From the human T2T-CHM13v2.0 reference genome, Homo sapiens: 64,000 nucleotides of DNA. The notes below the pieces were generated by a model. The model worked only from the letters and a program-made list of their open reading frames with translations. It did not search any database and was not told the origin of the DNA. Where the stretch lies: NCBI RefSeq assembly GCF_009914755.1, contig NC_060930.1; one strand, written 5' to 3'. Position numbers and translations under genes: made by a program. Below, in pieces: positions 13,341-26,299 of the stretch. Every line of letters begins with the position of its first letter. The first letter of the stretch is position 1.

Positions 13341-15639
13341 TATTATTCCACAGATAATCCTGCATTCTAGTCATGGAGTCAGAATCCTCTACATTTTCTC
13401 TCTCTTTGGCTACTGAGATTAGTGAAAACAGGAGGGATCAATCATTGCACTCCGATTTTCTATCAGACAGGACTTGGCCGAAAGAGTTGCTTCCCAGAAA
13501 AAAATTGAACTGCATTTAGTAGACGAGTAACATATTCTCTTTAACTTCAAAGTATATTGCAGGCAAGCCTGTAATTCTTCTTGAGCACTGCGAAATTTTT
13601 GAGGCAATGGAGTCGATACTTGGAGAGAAGCAGAGAGTAAATAAAGAGAATCATGCTGGCTCTATCGTAACTGTTACTGGTGGTCATTGCATTTTGTGAG
13701 GCTTGGATTTGCAATGGTTTTTTTTTTTTTTTTTCATTTCTGTAACCAAAAGAATACTTTGAATGTGTTTTTGGAATATACAGTCATCAAAGTTACTTTT
13801 TTGTCATTTGCAATCTTAGAATCCTGGTGCTGCTGCTCTTCCTAAGCAATGCCCTTCATATTATGTCTGTAACTATTATTTTTGCACTGATATGTATAAT
13901 GGCAAGTAACATTAAACTATATTCTAGTAATTGACATCACAACTTTAATTCTTTTTTTTGTAAAAATTTGCCTCAATTTTTCATATTAGCATAGTTTATT
14001 ATGATTAGTATTTAGATGCTTCCAAATATTTGATATCAGAGACAGGTTGGGTTGAATATACTTGACTATAAATACATATATTTGTTTGTAGAAGATAAAT
14101 TTCCAGTACCAATATTTTGAAGTCAAAGGCCATTTAAAAAGATATTTACAAATATTGCCAGATTGCTTCAAAGATTTTCTTCCTGACGAAAAAATGATGA
14201 ACATTTTATGAAATGGCCAGTTTCTGGAAACCTTTAACAAGACTAGATATTATGTATATTTTTTATGACAATCTAATATGTAAACAATTGTGTCTCCTTT
14301 AAATTTGAGGAGATCTTCTGAAAGGTATATTGACAATTTATGCTTCTTATCATGGGAATGATCTCTCCTTTACTGATTTAAAATAAAGTTTTTATAATTT
14401 TATATGTGCCAGAAATATTTAAGGTTTTTTCTTTGCATTTAATTCTTTATCTTTTGTTTTAATCCCTACCCTAGATAAATTTTAAACATTCATATGAGTG
14501 TTTTGATATTCACTTATGGTTTCTGGTTTTCTCTTATTCTTGGAATGATGAAAGAGATTTCAAATTAATTCTCTTTTATTTCCTTCCAGTAGTTAAAAAA
14601 AGCCAGCCCTTTTAAGTTCATTTATTTTACTTCTATCTCAAAGTTTACTTTCTAAATTTTTAATATTTAAGTATGTACTGTACTTATATGTTCTTCAGAT
14701 TAAATATCAACAAGGTATATGTAAAATCTAGCCTTTCTCTTGATTTCCCTCTCTGATTGCTACCATTTACCTAAAAGTGTAAAATACACTATATGTCTTT
14801 TAATGTGCACAGATCTCAAAGATATGGTCAATATAGATTTACACATGAATAGTGTTTCCGCAACCCAATTTGAGATATTTCCTCTAATATTTTTAAGAGT
14901 TTCAGATATAATTTAAGATAATTATTGATTTAAAATGTGATATCATGTTTTTATTGAAGATATTCTTAACAGTATACAATATTCATATGTGTAATGGTTT
15001 TACATATGACAAGAAATAGTTCTATGACAATTTTCTTTCCAATAGCTAAATGCCCCCAAAAATTTAAAAAACAAAGAATTTACTTTTTCACTGTTATAAA
15101 ATGCCCTCTTGATCATTTGTTAACTAAAACATATTTTTTTGATCTTTCTTCTTCCTTTGATTTAATGGCAAATCATTTACTTTTGAAAATCATATACATA
15201 TATTATTTCTACTATAGTAGATTTATGTTAAATATTAACATTTTCTAGACAATTGCTAAATCACCATAATTTTCAAATTTATTTTGTTCACTCTTATTTA
15301 TTAAATATTTACCATAAATTTTAAAATAAAGATTTAGGGTTACTTTTCAGTGAGATTTCTTTTAATATATAATATTTTTAACAATCAGAAATTAAAAAAT
15401 ATACATCCACATTCACATCATTCAACTTCATTAAAATAATAGTCTTTTCATATTTTCTCTTGAATTTTGTTTAAACATTAAGAAGTTTAATATTGGTTAA
15501 ATTATTTTATGCATCTCTATTTGTGAGCAGTCATTGTTTTGATATAAAGTTTATCATTTGGATACATATTTGTATAACTTTATAGATTAATATAAATATA
15601 TGTATTTATAAAAATATAGTAATTTTGTAAGTTTTAAAA

Positions 15640-16290
15640 CTTTATCACTCAGCAACTGGCTTTTTACAATATTTCTGATGTATCCATTTTTATATGTGTA
15701 GCTCTAGTTCATTCATTTTTATCTTATGTAATTTCTATACTAAAATATCCTCTTCTATTTCCTGTTGAAGAGAATTTAGTCTGATTTTAGTGTTTGCTTG
15801 ATTTTTCTATTTTGAGCCATGACTACCTAACAGAATTGCAACAATTTTATTTTTTTAATTATTTCTTCAAATTGGTCTTATACTTTTATATCCCTAATGA
15901 CATAACAGTTCTCTTTATCTATATAAACACTTGATATTATCAAGATTTAAAATTTCATCAATTTGATGTTTATAAAACTATCTCAATTTACTAATTTGAA
16001 TCTTCTAGAGTATTAGTGATAGTAAACACATTCTCTTTTTCATTTTCTGACGTTTTTGTAAAAACTCATTTCCATATATTTTCTTTTTTCTTCAATTGAG
16101 TCATTTCTCCTTTTGATTTTTCAGTGATATTATTGAGTTGTGACAGCTCGTATTCTTTCAGCTCTGTAGGAAATTTTTATAAATGTTTCATAATTATACT
16201 TTGATTATACTACTTTCCACCAGTTGTAATTTTTCTTTGAATTTTACTTACAGTGTTCTTTGGTAACCAGAGTTATCTCATTGTTATTTC
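15640..16290 (-). mobile_element. Highly decayed L1ME 3' fragment
   Basis: atccattttta...tgtgtagctctagttcattcattttt; aacacttgatattatcaagatttaaaattt. Confidence 0.5.
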
Positions 16291-16604
16291 TGAGTAAAGT
16301 ACCATTTTCATTTTTTTAAAAGATAAGAATTCACAAAATAATCCCAGACTATGAAGTATAAAGAAATAAGACAGATATGAACTTTAAGACCTTCTGTCTA
16401 ACAGATAATTCATATATAATTTCAAATTATAGGAATGAATTATAGTTCCCCATGACACGTTAGTCTATAGAGTGTCAAGATTCTCAGCTTTAAATCATAC
16501 CAAATTGTCTGAAAATGACAGCATATCTCACTGTCTTATATTTCCTTCACATGTGTCAAATATTTTTTATCCTCTTGAGATTTTTCTATTAAACTGAAAA
16601 TTAA

Positions 16605-16938
16605 TGATGTGGTTTGGCCATGTCCCCACCCAAATAACATCCTGAATTGTAGCTCCCATAATACCCCTGTGTTGTGGGAGGGAACAAGTGGGAGGTAATT
16701 GAATCATGAGGGTGGTTTCCCCCATACTGTTCTTGTGGTAGTGAATAAGTCTCACAAGATCTGATGGTTTCATAAGGGGAAACCCCTTTCCCTTGGCTCT
16801 CATTCACTCTTGTCTCCCACCATGTAACACTTGCCTTTCACTTTCCACCATGATTGTGAGGCCTCCCCAACCATGTGGGACTTATGGGAGCTACAGTTCA
16901 AGATGAGATTTGGGTGGGGACACAGCCAAACCGTATCA
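16605..16938 (+). mobile_element. THE1(B-like) LTR, 3'-truncated and fused to an inverted THE1 5' end
   Basis: Sense THE1 text from tgatgtggtttgg to gaggcctccccaaccatgtggga (16880), then antisense 5' end ttatgggagctacagttcaagatgagatttgggtggggacacagccaaaccgtatca. Confidence 0.92.
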
Positions 16939-17621
16939 GTCCTGGTCAGTGTTTTATGTTTCTGTTCCATCACTTACCTACAGATACATTTTGCTATCCG
17001 TGGGTGTTTTGCTATGTCTGTTTGTTAGTTGGTTTACATTTGTTTAGATTTAATTTTTGTTTTTTTCCCTATGTTTGATAAGCTTTCACGCAGTTGAATT
17101 GAAGGAGATTTTCAACATATGTCTTCTCTGTACCATTTTTTAAAGTAATTCAAGTTTCTAGTTTTAAAAAATGGCATTCTGATTATAAAGGTATTAATTC
17201 AAATTTTTATTTTTTTAAATGGTCAACCTAAATATTTCATTTAAGATCAAGATATTATTACTCATTTTTTTTACTTCTATAAAGAACTACACCTTCTATA
17301 CATAGTTTTTAGACAGTTTAGTTACCCATTTTGGTTAAAATTAATTTCAGAGAATTATAGATTTTGTGACTATTTTGTTGCTATGTTTTATTATTATTCT
17401 TTGACCCATATTACATATTCAAATGTGCAAAATTTTACTTTCTATTTTATTAACGAAAACTGGCAGGTATTAAAAACCACTTTTAGTTTTATTTTAAATT
17501 TAGTTTTCATTGTTGTGTTTCTTTTTATTTGTTTATTTGTTTTGTAAGCCTATTTTTCTCATATTGTTAAGTTTACTTATTCACAAAATATAATGTTAAC
17601 TTATTTATATCATTGAACATT

Positions 17622-18665
17622 TGTTAAAGGATAATTTCCAAAAGGTAAAATCAAAACTCTCATATGAACATAAGATAAACTCATGAAAAGTATTGTCTTA
17701 ATCTCATTAATTGATGAGGGAACCAGTAACATGTTATGACCAGTTCAAAGAATGTTTGAGAAGTCATATAAGTAAATTGCATATATAACAAAAAATTAAT
17801 GTTAGGATTAGTTTGCTGGATTAGATACAAAACTGGTTAATGGTCAGCAAGGCTATAAACAGTAACTGTTACCAGAGGTGAATCCATATGGGTCTGCAGC
17901 AAACTGGATCCTTGTGTCATAGGAGGAAAGAATTCAGCCAAGGGGCAGAAGTAGATTTAAGGCAGAGGGAGAGGCCAAGGCAAGTTTTAGAGCAGGAGTG
18001 AGAGTTTATTATATAGTTTTAGAGCAAGAGCAAAGGAAGCAAAATACACGTTGAAGAGGGCCAAGCAGGCAACTTAAGAGATCCAGGTGTCCTGTTCAGC
18101 CCTTGACTTGGGGTTTTATACACTGGCATGGTGCAGGGTTTTCTTTTCTCTTCTGTTGATTCTTCCCCAGGAGTGGGCTGTTGCTTGCCTTCCATAGAAC
18201 ACATGTGTAGTGTGTTTACTGAGGTTGTGTGCATGCTTTCTAGGATTGGTTTTCGTGTATAAGCTGAACACCCCCAGAGGAAGGTCATACATCTTTCATT
18301 TTGCCTCTTAGTGCACATGCTTGAGTCTGCTAGCCCAGCTCCAGAGATCTTATCAAGAAGCTGCTGATCACCAGCTCCAGGTGTTTTCAATCTCTTGGGA
18401 AACTAGGTTCCCTTGGTGCTAGCTGTGACCAATTATCATTTTAGAGAGAGAGTTTAACAACCATCTGACTATCACTTGACATTCCTGGAGGGGGCTCTCC
18501 TGCTCTGCTCATGTCTACTTAACTACCCACTCTAACATAACCACTGTGGTTATCTCTTTCACAGGACAGAAATTACTTGCTTCTCTACTGGGTAAAAATC
18601 TGCAAGCTAACCTCTGTTCCTACAGATGAGTAAAATAGCCAAGACTTTCAATAAAGTTCTCATAA
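17622..18665 (-). mobile_element. Old ERV1 LTR (LTR37-like), split by MER50
   Basis: ttaatctcattaattgatgagggaaccagtaacatgttatgaccagttcaaag; text continues after the MER50 TSD; family name recalled and uncertain. Confidence 0.5.
17867..18537 (-). mobile_element. MER50 solo LTR (ERV1)
   Basis: Reverse complement starts TGTTAGAGTGGGTAGTTAAGTAGACATGAGCAG and contains GCTGGTGATCAGCAGCTTC; TG...CA ends; perfect 4-bp TSD taac (17863-17866 / 18538-18541). Confidence 0.9.
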
Positions 18666-18974
18666 TTTTTTTGATATCCTTCTGTATTTTCCTTCTCACT
18701 ATAGTTCATTACTGATCATTAATCTCTATGCTATATGAGAATTTTCTCTCTGTGTCTATCCTTCTTAATGCTGGAACAGGAATTCTTAGTATATTTCCCA
18801 AATGTTTTTAGGGCAGTAGTGATAATATGAGCATGATTTTCTTTCTTCTCTTTATATATCAAACTCTATTAAGGTGATAGATTGTTTACTGATGGAAGAA
18901 CTTGCATTTTAAAGGGGAAAATGACAACAAAAAACCTACTTGATGATATTGCATTATTCCTTAAAACGTAACAA

Positions 18975-20780
18975 CAGGGTATGGGGGAAGGGTTGAATGG
19001 GTCAAGCACAGGTATTTTAAGATTAGTGAAACTATTTTGTATAATAATATAATGGTGAAAACAAGTAATTAAGCATTTTCTAAACCCACAGAACTTTATA
19101 GCAAACAGAGTAAAAACATATGCAATTTGAAAAAAATTATTAAGGGAATGAAAGAATTCCAGGATAGAATGCAGAATGTGACAAAATAATCTACATACAT
19201 TACAAATGTATGAAACAGCCTCACTAAATGGAATGAGAGATTTAGGTGCTTTCTGAAGTAACTTTGGAAATAAGTGGAGTCCATAAGACTAAAGGCAAAA
19301 ATCACTGTACTTAAACACTATACTCTAGTTGGTAATGTTGCTTTCCACAAGGGTGCCAGTTTACATCTTTGAAACCAGCAGACATGTATACTGGAATTGA
19401 ACAAATAAATTAAAAAATGGCTGATAGTGGGAGACAGGTTTCTCACTTTTCAAAAGACAATATACAGAGAAACAAAGGGTGCAGGTAAGAATGATTCGTA
19501 TGTTAATGGATCATTAGAAAGAGGCATACAACCGGCATCATACAGTAGGAGGCATCACTTTGAACTCATGTTTAGCTTAATAAAGATAACAGATAGTTAT
19601 GTATAGAAGTACTTATAACTGTACAGGTTACTGTGCAACTATAGAGACCTTAATCTTTCTTGCTTTGTCAATTTAGAGGGCCTAGAAGCAATGACATTCC
19701 AGTTGTAACAAGGATACCTAGCATCCACATGTTCATTTCTAATACCATTGTCCAATTAAAGGAACCACAGCTACTTGGAGAAATGCCTGATGCTAGGACT
19801 CAGAAAATATACAAGATAAACCTGGAGCATACCATAATATCAGAAAGTTGGAAAGTGCTCAACACACACACATAAATATACACACACAAAGATAAAAATA
19901 TGTCAAATAAGCCAGAGTCTGTCAGTAGAGTAGCATTAAATTATAACCCAAAGTGTAATATAAATGTCCATCAGGCTATACTCATATAATTATTGAATGA
20001 AGAGACAATTGGGGAATAATAGTCAAGTGTTCCATGAAGAAGAATGCCAAATAATTTACAGAGATACTCCACTATCAAAGAGGTGGAGAATAATTTCCTA
20101 CTCCTTAAGTGTGGGCATTGCAGAGTGACTTCTTCCAATGAATTGAGCATGGGAGAAAAAATAAGAGTACGTTTACAGCAAAGAAACTGGACAGACACAA
20201 TCTCAAACTAGAGAATCTAAGTTAATATCAACAGCAATGTCACTTGATACTAGATAGTATGCATGCTATCAAATGACATACTATTAAATCATATATCACC
20301 TACATGATGAGGGTGGCACTTTTACCTCTGTGGTCTTCCTCCTCAAAACACTTTCTTACAGACTATTCATAATAAAAGCATTACACAATCCCCGATATGG
20401 AACACTCTACAAGATAACTGAATAGTACTACTTACTATGTCAAGGTCATTAAAAACAAGGAAACTCTGAGAAACAGTCAATACTGACGAGAGACCTGACT
20501 TTTAAATATAATGTTGCACCCTGAATGGGATCCTGGAACAGAAACGGGATATTAGGTAAAAACTAAGGAAATATGAATAAAGTAAGAATCTTGGTTAATA
20601 ATTTTGTATCAATGCTAATTAATTAAATGTATTACATTTAACATCAAATGTATCATATTAATGTAAGCTGGGTAATAATAGGGGAAAGTGGGTGTGGGAT
20701 ATTCAGGAACTCTCTGCACTACCTTCACAATAATTCTGTAAACCTAATAATATTTGAAAATAAAATGTTTATTGAAAAAA
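18975..20780 (+). mobile_element. L1MC3-like long 3' UTR
   Basis: ccaggatagaatgcagaatgtgacaaaataatc...taactttggaaataagtggagtccataagactaaaggcaaaa; ends ggaactctctgcactacc...aaataaaatgtttattgaaaaaa. Confidence 0.8.
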
Positions 20781-21065
20781 GTTATTAATGATATGCAATA
20801 TAAATGGGTTTAAGGAAAACATTATACATTTAAATAGTAAATAGTAAACAGTAAATAGTACTCATTCCAAGGGGATGTTATTGCTATAGAAGGAGAACTT
20901 CAAAACAAGTCCCTAAAAACTCATTTTTCACTGTGCTACTACTACTAATTTCTTTATGTACAAGTTTTAGACTTTCCAATGAATGTTAAAACTCAGATAG
21001 TTTCTTACATTATTTTCTAATGTTAACCTAAATTTCATGGCCTTTTTATTCTGTGTTTGTATGGT

Positions 21066-21247
21066 AAATGCCAGCAATCTTTTTCCATAAAGGACCAGAC
21101 AGTAAATATTCAACTCTGCCATTAGAGCTTGAAGCAGCCACAGGCAACATATGAACAAATTAGTGTGACTGTGTTCCAATAAAGCCTGTTTGCAAAAACA
21201 TATGGCAGGCTGGATTTGGCCTACATGTCATGGTTTGCAGATCCCTA
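21066..21247. mobile_element. MER58A hAT MITE with a small internal deletion
   Basis: aaaggaccagacagtaaatatt|caactctgcc...ctgtgttccaataaa...ggatttggcc...gtttgcagatccct. Confidence 0.85.
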
Positions 21248-24060
21248 ATACACAGAATAAATGTTTGTATCTCTTAATTATTAGATCTTTTTAGTTCTTT
21301 GAAAATAAAGTGTCTATATCTTTTAAAAAATCTCCTATTGTTAAGTATATTGGCTAAAAAATACGATTGAAAAGTAGTCTTTAATTTTTAAATGTGCATT
21401 TTACAGTGTGATTACAGAGAAAAGTCTAAGTCCAGGGCCCAGAGATTGCAAAACTATTTCATGAGATCCTACTAAAAAACCAGTAACACTGTCTGACATT
21501 TGTAGAAAATATATTGAGAACAAATCAAAGCAGTTTTCATAACTTGTGATAATTTTACACTATTTTTATTTTTAATAAAATAATATTTGTTGTGGTAGAT
21601 TAATATTTACCAGTGACTTCATTCAATATTTTCATTTTATAAAAATGTGAACTCAGCCTGGAAGGGTATTGTTAATACACTTATTCAAGGGATTTGAAAA
21701 AAATTCTATAATTTTCTAGTTTTTACATTTAGGAACATATTCCTTGGGTGTGGTCATTCCTCAAGAGATTAGAATCTAGTGACTATTTTGCTCCTTTAGG
21801 AAATGAAAAAAATTGAGTTTCATGTACACTCATGCAGTTCTTCACAAGTTTGGCCAGTTACAATATATTCCTCTCAAGTTTTATTAACATGTATGTGAGC
21901 ACTGGGCTGGTGGACCTATAGCATAAAAGCCTACACTCCCTTCTTGTATTCTTTGTCCAGGGGACATAGTGTCATAAATGTTAGCATAAAATACAGTATT
22001 TGCTTCCAAGTTTATTGAACGTATGCACTAATGAATTTTCAAAATATAAATATACAATATTGTATTAAGGTAGTCAATTTTGAATAGATTTCCCTCAGGA
22101 AGTGTTATGTTTCAAAATTAAAGACATCATTTAAAAGATAGCATAGTCAATTTACAATGCTACTGTCAAGCATGTGCTGAGCAGTTTGTTTGAGGAGATT
22201 GTGTAGCAAATGCTTTGGAGACTCTGAAGCTTTCTTTTGCTGTCTTTGCTCCTTCATGATTTTGTGCAAATTGAAAGTATTTTTTTCCCATGCTTATGTA
22301 ACTTTGTGGTAGAAATTTGTAGCCACTTCATAAAACTTATGAAAAATATAGGAATTTCTACTCTCTGTTAGTAGCAGTACTCTTAAGATCAACAGAAAGA
22401 GAAGTGTGGGAGAGAATAGTGAACTCAGAATCACAGTTATTGTATTCTAGACCTCTTAATCATAACTGAACAAGTTGTCAAACCTCATTTATAAAATAAG
22501 TTAGTAGTCATTGGTAATAACTGATATTCACTAAATAAGATACATTATATTTTACCTTTTTAAAATAAAGCCAATAACTTTGTATATGTCACAACCCATG
22601 TATCATTGCATTTTCATAGTATTATATCTTACATAAGGTTTTACCAACTTTGAAAATGAAAGTATGTTTTTAGGAGTTTCAAAAAGTCTTTGGATAAAAT
22701 TCATAAACTGTTTTCAAAATAAGGTAGATAAACATGTAGAAAAAAGTATGATGGGCATAGTAAAGAGGAGATACAATGTTGAGCCTAGACTTTGGACTTG
22801 TGATTCTAAAATTTGCATTTTGAATATGTCTAAAACAAAACATTATATTTAAGGTAATTTGCATCTTTTAAATAAGAACTTTTCCATCATAATTTCATTC
22901 CATTTGAAAATATAATACATTTTGACTAGTGGAGTAGAAAAATCTCTCATTTTTCCTCCACATATATTCCAGTGAGTTAAACACAGTGTGGTCTCTATAT
23001 AGTCTAAGATGCTTTGGAAAAGCTATGGGAACTTCTTTGAGAGTTTTTCAATAGGACAGTCAAGCTGACTCTTAGGATCATAGGAGAAACAAAGAGTCTA
23101 ATTGTCCTTGCAACAGAGGTGCACACAGCCACAAGACTTCACTGAAAATAATATGCTGCTTTGTAGTGTGGGACCTCCCTCAAATTCTTTAAGCTCTGTC
23201 ATATGATCATCAGAACGCTGAATGACTTAGACATGCCATTTGGCTCTTGATTTAAGCCAATTACTTACACTCTAAAGAGGGCACAGATAGACAGCTGAAC
23301 ATAAGGAGAGGGGGGTCCTAGCCACACAATAAACAAAATGTGTCCTTAGTTTGGGGAACAGAGGGGCTTATTAAAAGATGAAAACTGGTGGTGAATAGGA
23401 AGCTTAGAAAAATATGCAGCCATGATTCCTCTCTCCAGTGTTTTCTTCAGTTTCTATTGTATCCTGTTTTCTGCATAACCAAGTGACCTCTAAACCCTGT
23501 AAATAGTACATAGAACTTTTCTCCTTCTTCTCTGGGTGGATGACTATTATCCTTTCATCTTGAAAGGTCATGGAGTATCAGTTGAAGAAGTACACCACTT
23601 TGCTTTGAGTGCCCTCTCTGTTTGAAGTGATTGGTCTGTTTGCTTTATCAATGGTGGCCTGTCCCCAAACAAATGAAAAATTAGTTAATCATCTTTCCAT
23701 CTCCAAACCATAGACATTTTGAGCTGAAAAGAAGATAAATATACAACAGGATTTAATGTTTCAAATTGTGTATTTTAGATATTCAGTAGTTACTAAGATT
23801 AGTAGCACATTACATTAAAAATGATGGAGTATATTATTACACTGTATAATAAGAAAGTGAACAAGAAAGTCTATCAAGTAAATAGTAGGATAAAAATTAA
23901 TATTTAGATGAAGATAATATGTTTGCGATTTTGTATCTTTATCATTCTGTGAGAACATATTTCTAAAGTAACGTCTGGTCTTTGTGAAGATGCTGAAATA
24001 TAAAACCATGATTAAGGGAAGAATGGAAAAAAATAGAAGAGTATCTTATATTTGTTTTTA

Positions 24061-24234
<174 letters not shown>

Positions 24235-25107
24235 TAATATGGAGTATATTCTTTAACTTCAATATTTTAAATCTTATACTTTTCAATGTTGGGAAAGTAT
24301 GAAATAAATTATATCAGCGTAGAAAAATGAAGACTGAGGAAGAATACGACAGACATTTGAACTCAAGGAAGTTATGGATACTCGAATATAGATCAGCCTG
24401 TTTAATAAATTTGGACTCATAACCTTAAAGTATAATTATTATACTAGGCTAGGTAATGTTATGAAAAATGAAATTACCGAAATATAATTTGTACTTGTTA
24501 AGCTTTATATGTAATCTTTTAGTGAATATCTTTTTTAAATATTTATAAGAAAATAAAAGTAAAGAGACTTGTGAGAAGTTCAGGTATTAATGGTTAGTTT
24601 TCAACTGATTGGCAAGGGAAACAGGGAATTCTTTATCAATATCATTAAGGCTTTTCAATAGTGGGGACAAATTCTTTTTAAAAAAACATGGTCCCAAAAG
24701 TGAACTGTTAATGGTGTAGTTTGATGCAAAAGAAAACTAAATATTTGATCAGCAATAATTTCCTTATTCTTAACACATAAACACAGTGCTTTTTTATCCT
24801 AACTGCCACTTACAGAGTCTACAGCTGTTTGTAATGAAAGGAAGCATTATAGGTTTATTAACTTTGAATTCAGTGTTGTGAGTTCCACAAATGTAATTTT
24901 ATTACAAATATACATATAATATGTAAGTTAATCTCAGAAATTGAAGGGTTTCTTTTACTAATATCTGCCTGTGAATAATATTACCTCTGACATAAAGAAT
25001 GGAAACAATATGAACTTCCAAGAAAAGAAATAGGTAAAATGACTCCTCCACATTCCTTCAAATGGATATTCTTTGTATGGTAATTAACATCAGCTCAAAA
25101 TAAGATA

Positions 25108-26147
25108 CAGGCACAGTTTTGAGATATCATGGGTTGGTCCCAGACCACCACAATAAAGAAAATATAGCAGTAAAGTGAGTCACACAAATGTTTTGGTTTT
25201 TTGAAACATATAAAAGTTAGGTTTACACTGTACTGTAGTCTATTAAGTGTGCAATAGCATTATGTATAGAAGTATATACATCCCTTCATGAAAAATGCTT
25301 TATTGCTAAGAAACACTAATAATCCTCTGAGCTTTAGTGGATGACAATTTTTGTGCTGGTGGGGTCTTGCCTCGATGTTAACGGCTGCTGACTAATCAGG
25401 GTGGTGGTTGCGGAAGGTTGGAATGGCTGTGGTAATTTCTTAAAGTAAAAAAACAATGAAGTTTGTCTAATCCATTGTATCTTCCCTTCATGAATCATTT
25501 CTCTGTAACAGGCAATACCGTTTGATAGCATTTTACCCACAGGAGAACGTCTTTCAAAATTGAAGTCAATCCTCTCAAAACCTGCTGCTGTTACATTAAC
25601 TAAGGTTATGGAATGTTCTAAATTCTTTATTGTCATTTCAAAAATGTTCACAGCATCTACACTAGAAGTGGATTCTATCTCAAGAAACCAATTTCTTTGT
25701 TTTTCCATAAGAAGCAACTCTTCATTTGCTCGTTTGATTATGAGTTTGCAGCAATTTGCTCATGTCTTCAGCCTCCACTTTTAATGCTACCTCTCTTACT
25801 GTTTCCAACATAAAAATGCAGTTACTTCCTCCACTGAAGTCTTGAAACCCTCAGTCACCCATGAGAACTGGAATCACCTTCTTCCAAACTCCTGTTAATG
25901 TTGATACTTTGACCTCCTTTCATGAACCATAAATGTTCTCAAGAACATCTAGAATGATGAATCAATCTTTTCCAGAAGGTGTTCAACTCAATTTGTTGAG
26001 ATCCATCAATGAAATCACAATTTTTAAAAGAAAAATACTTTAGACAATTAAATTTTACAGAGTTTAATTAAACAAAGACTGATTCACAAAAAAATTAGTG
26101 TCTGCAAAGTGCAATGAAGCAAAGGACAAGAATATCAGGTATGCCTA
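25108..26147 (-). mobile_element. Tigger1 DNA transposon, internally deleted, both termini retained
   Basis: TA|caggca...gagatat...ccagaccaccacaataaag at left, tctgcaaagtgcaatgaagc...aggtatgcct at right. Confidence 0.92.
25334..25717 (-). pseudogene. Tigger1 transposase C-terminal remnant
   Basis: [14 protein letters not shown]...[13 protein letters not shown]...[13 protein letters not shown]...[20 protein letters not shown] resembles the Tigger1/TIGD1 C-terminus; N-terminal DNA-binding and DDE regions are deleted. Confidence 0.88.
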
Positions 26148-26149
26148 CA

Positions 26150-26295
26150 TTTATTTTTTTATTTTTATAAATGCGACTGTTTTCTTGATCTCTTTTTCAA
26201 TAGTTCATTGCTAGTGTATAGAAATGCTACTGATTTTTCTATGTTGATTTTATATCCTGCCATTTTACTGAATGTGTTTATTAGTACTAAATTTC
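26150..26295 (-). mobile_element. Old L1M ORF2 fragment
   Basis: gttcattgctagtgtatagaaatgctactgatttttctatgttgattttatatcctgc. Confidence 0.8.
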
Positions 26296-26299
26296 ATGG

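Noticed and set aside
23100-23660. Possible ancient LTR
   Set aside because: The composition is LTR-like, but I could not match termini, a TSD or a family.
25334-25717. Domesticated TIGD1-like gene
   Set aside because: Only the C-terminal tail remains inside an internally deleted Tigger1, with many substitutions; the catalytic and DNA-binding regions are absent.
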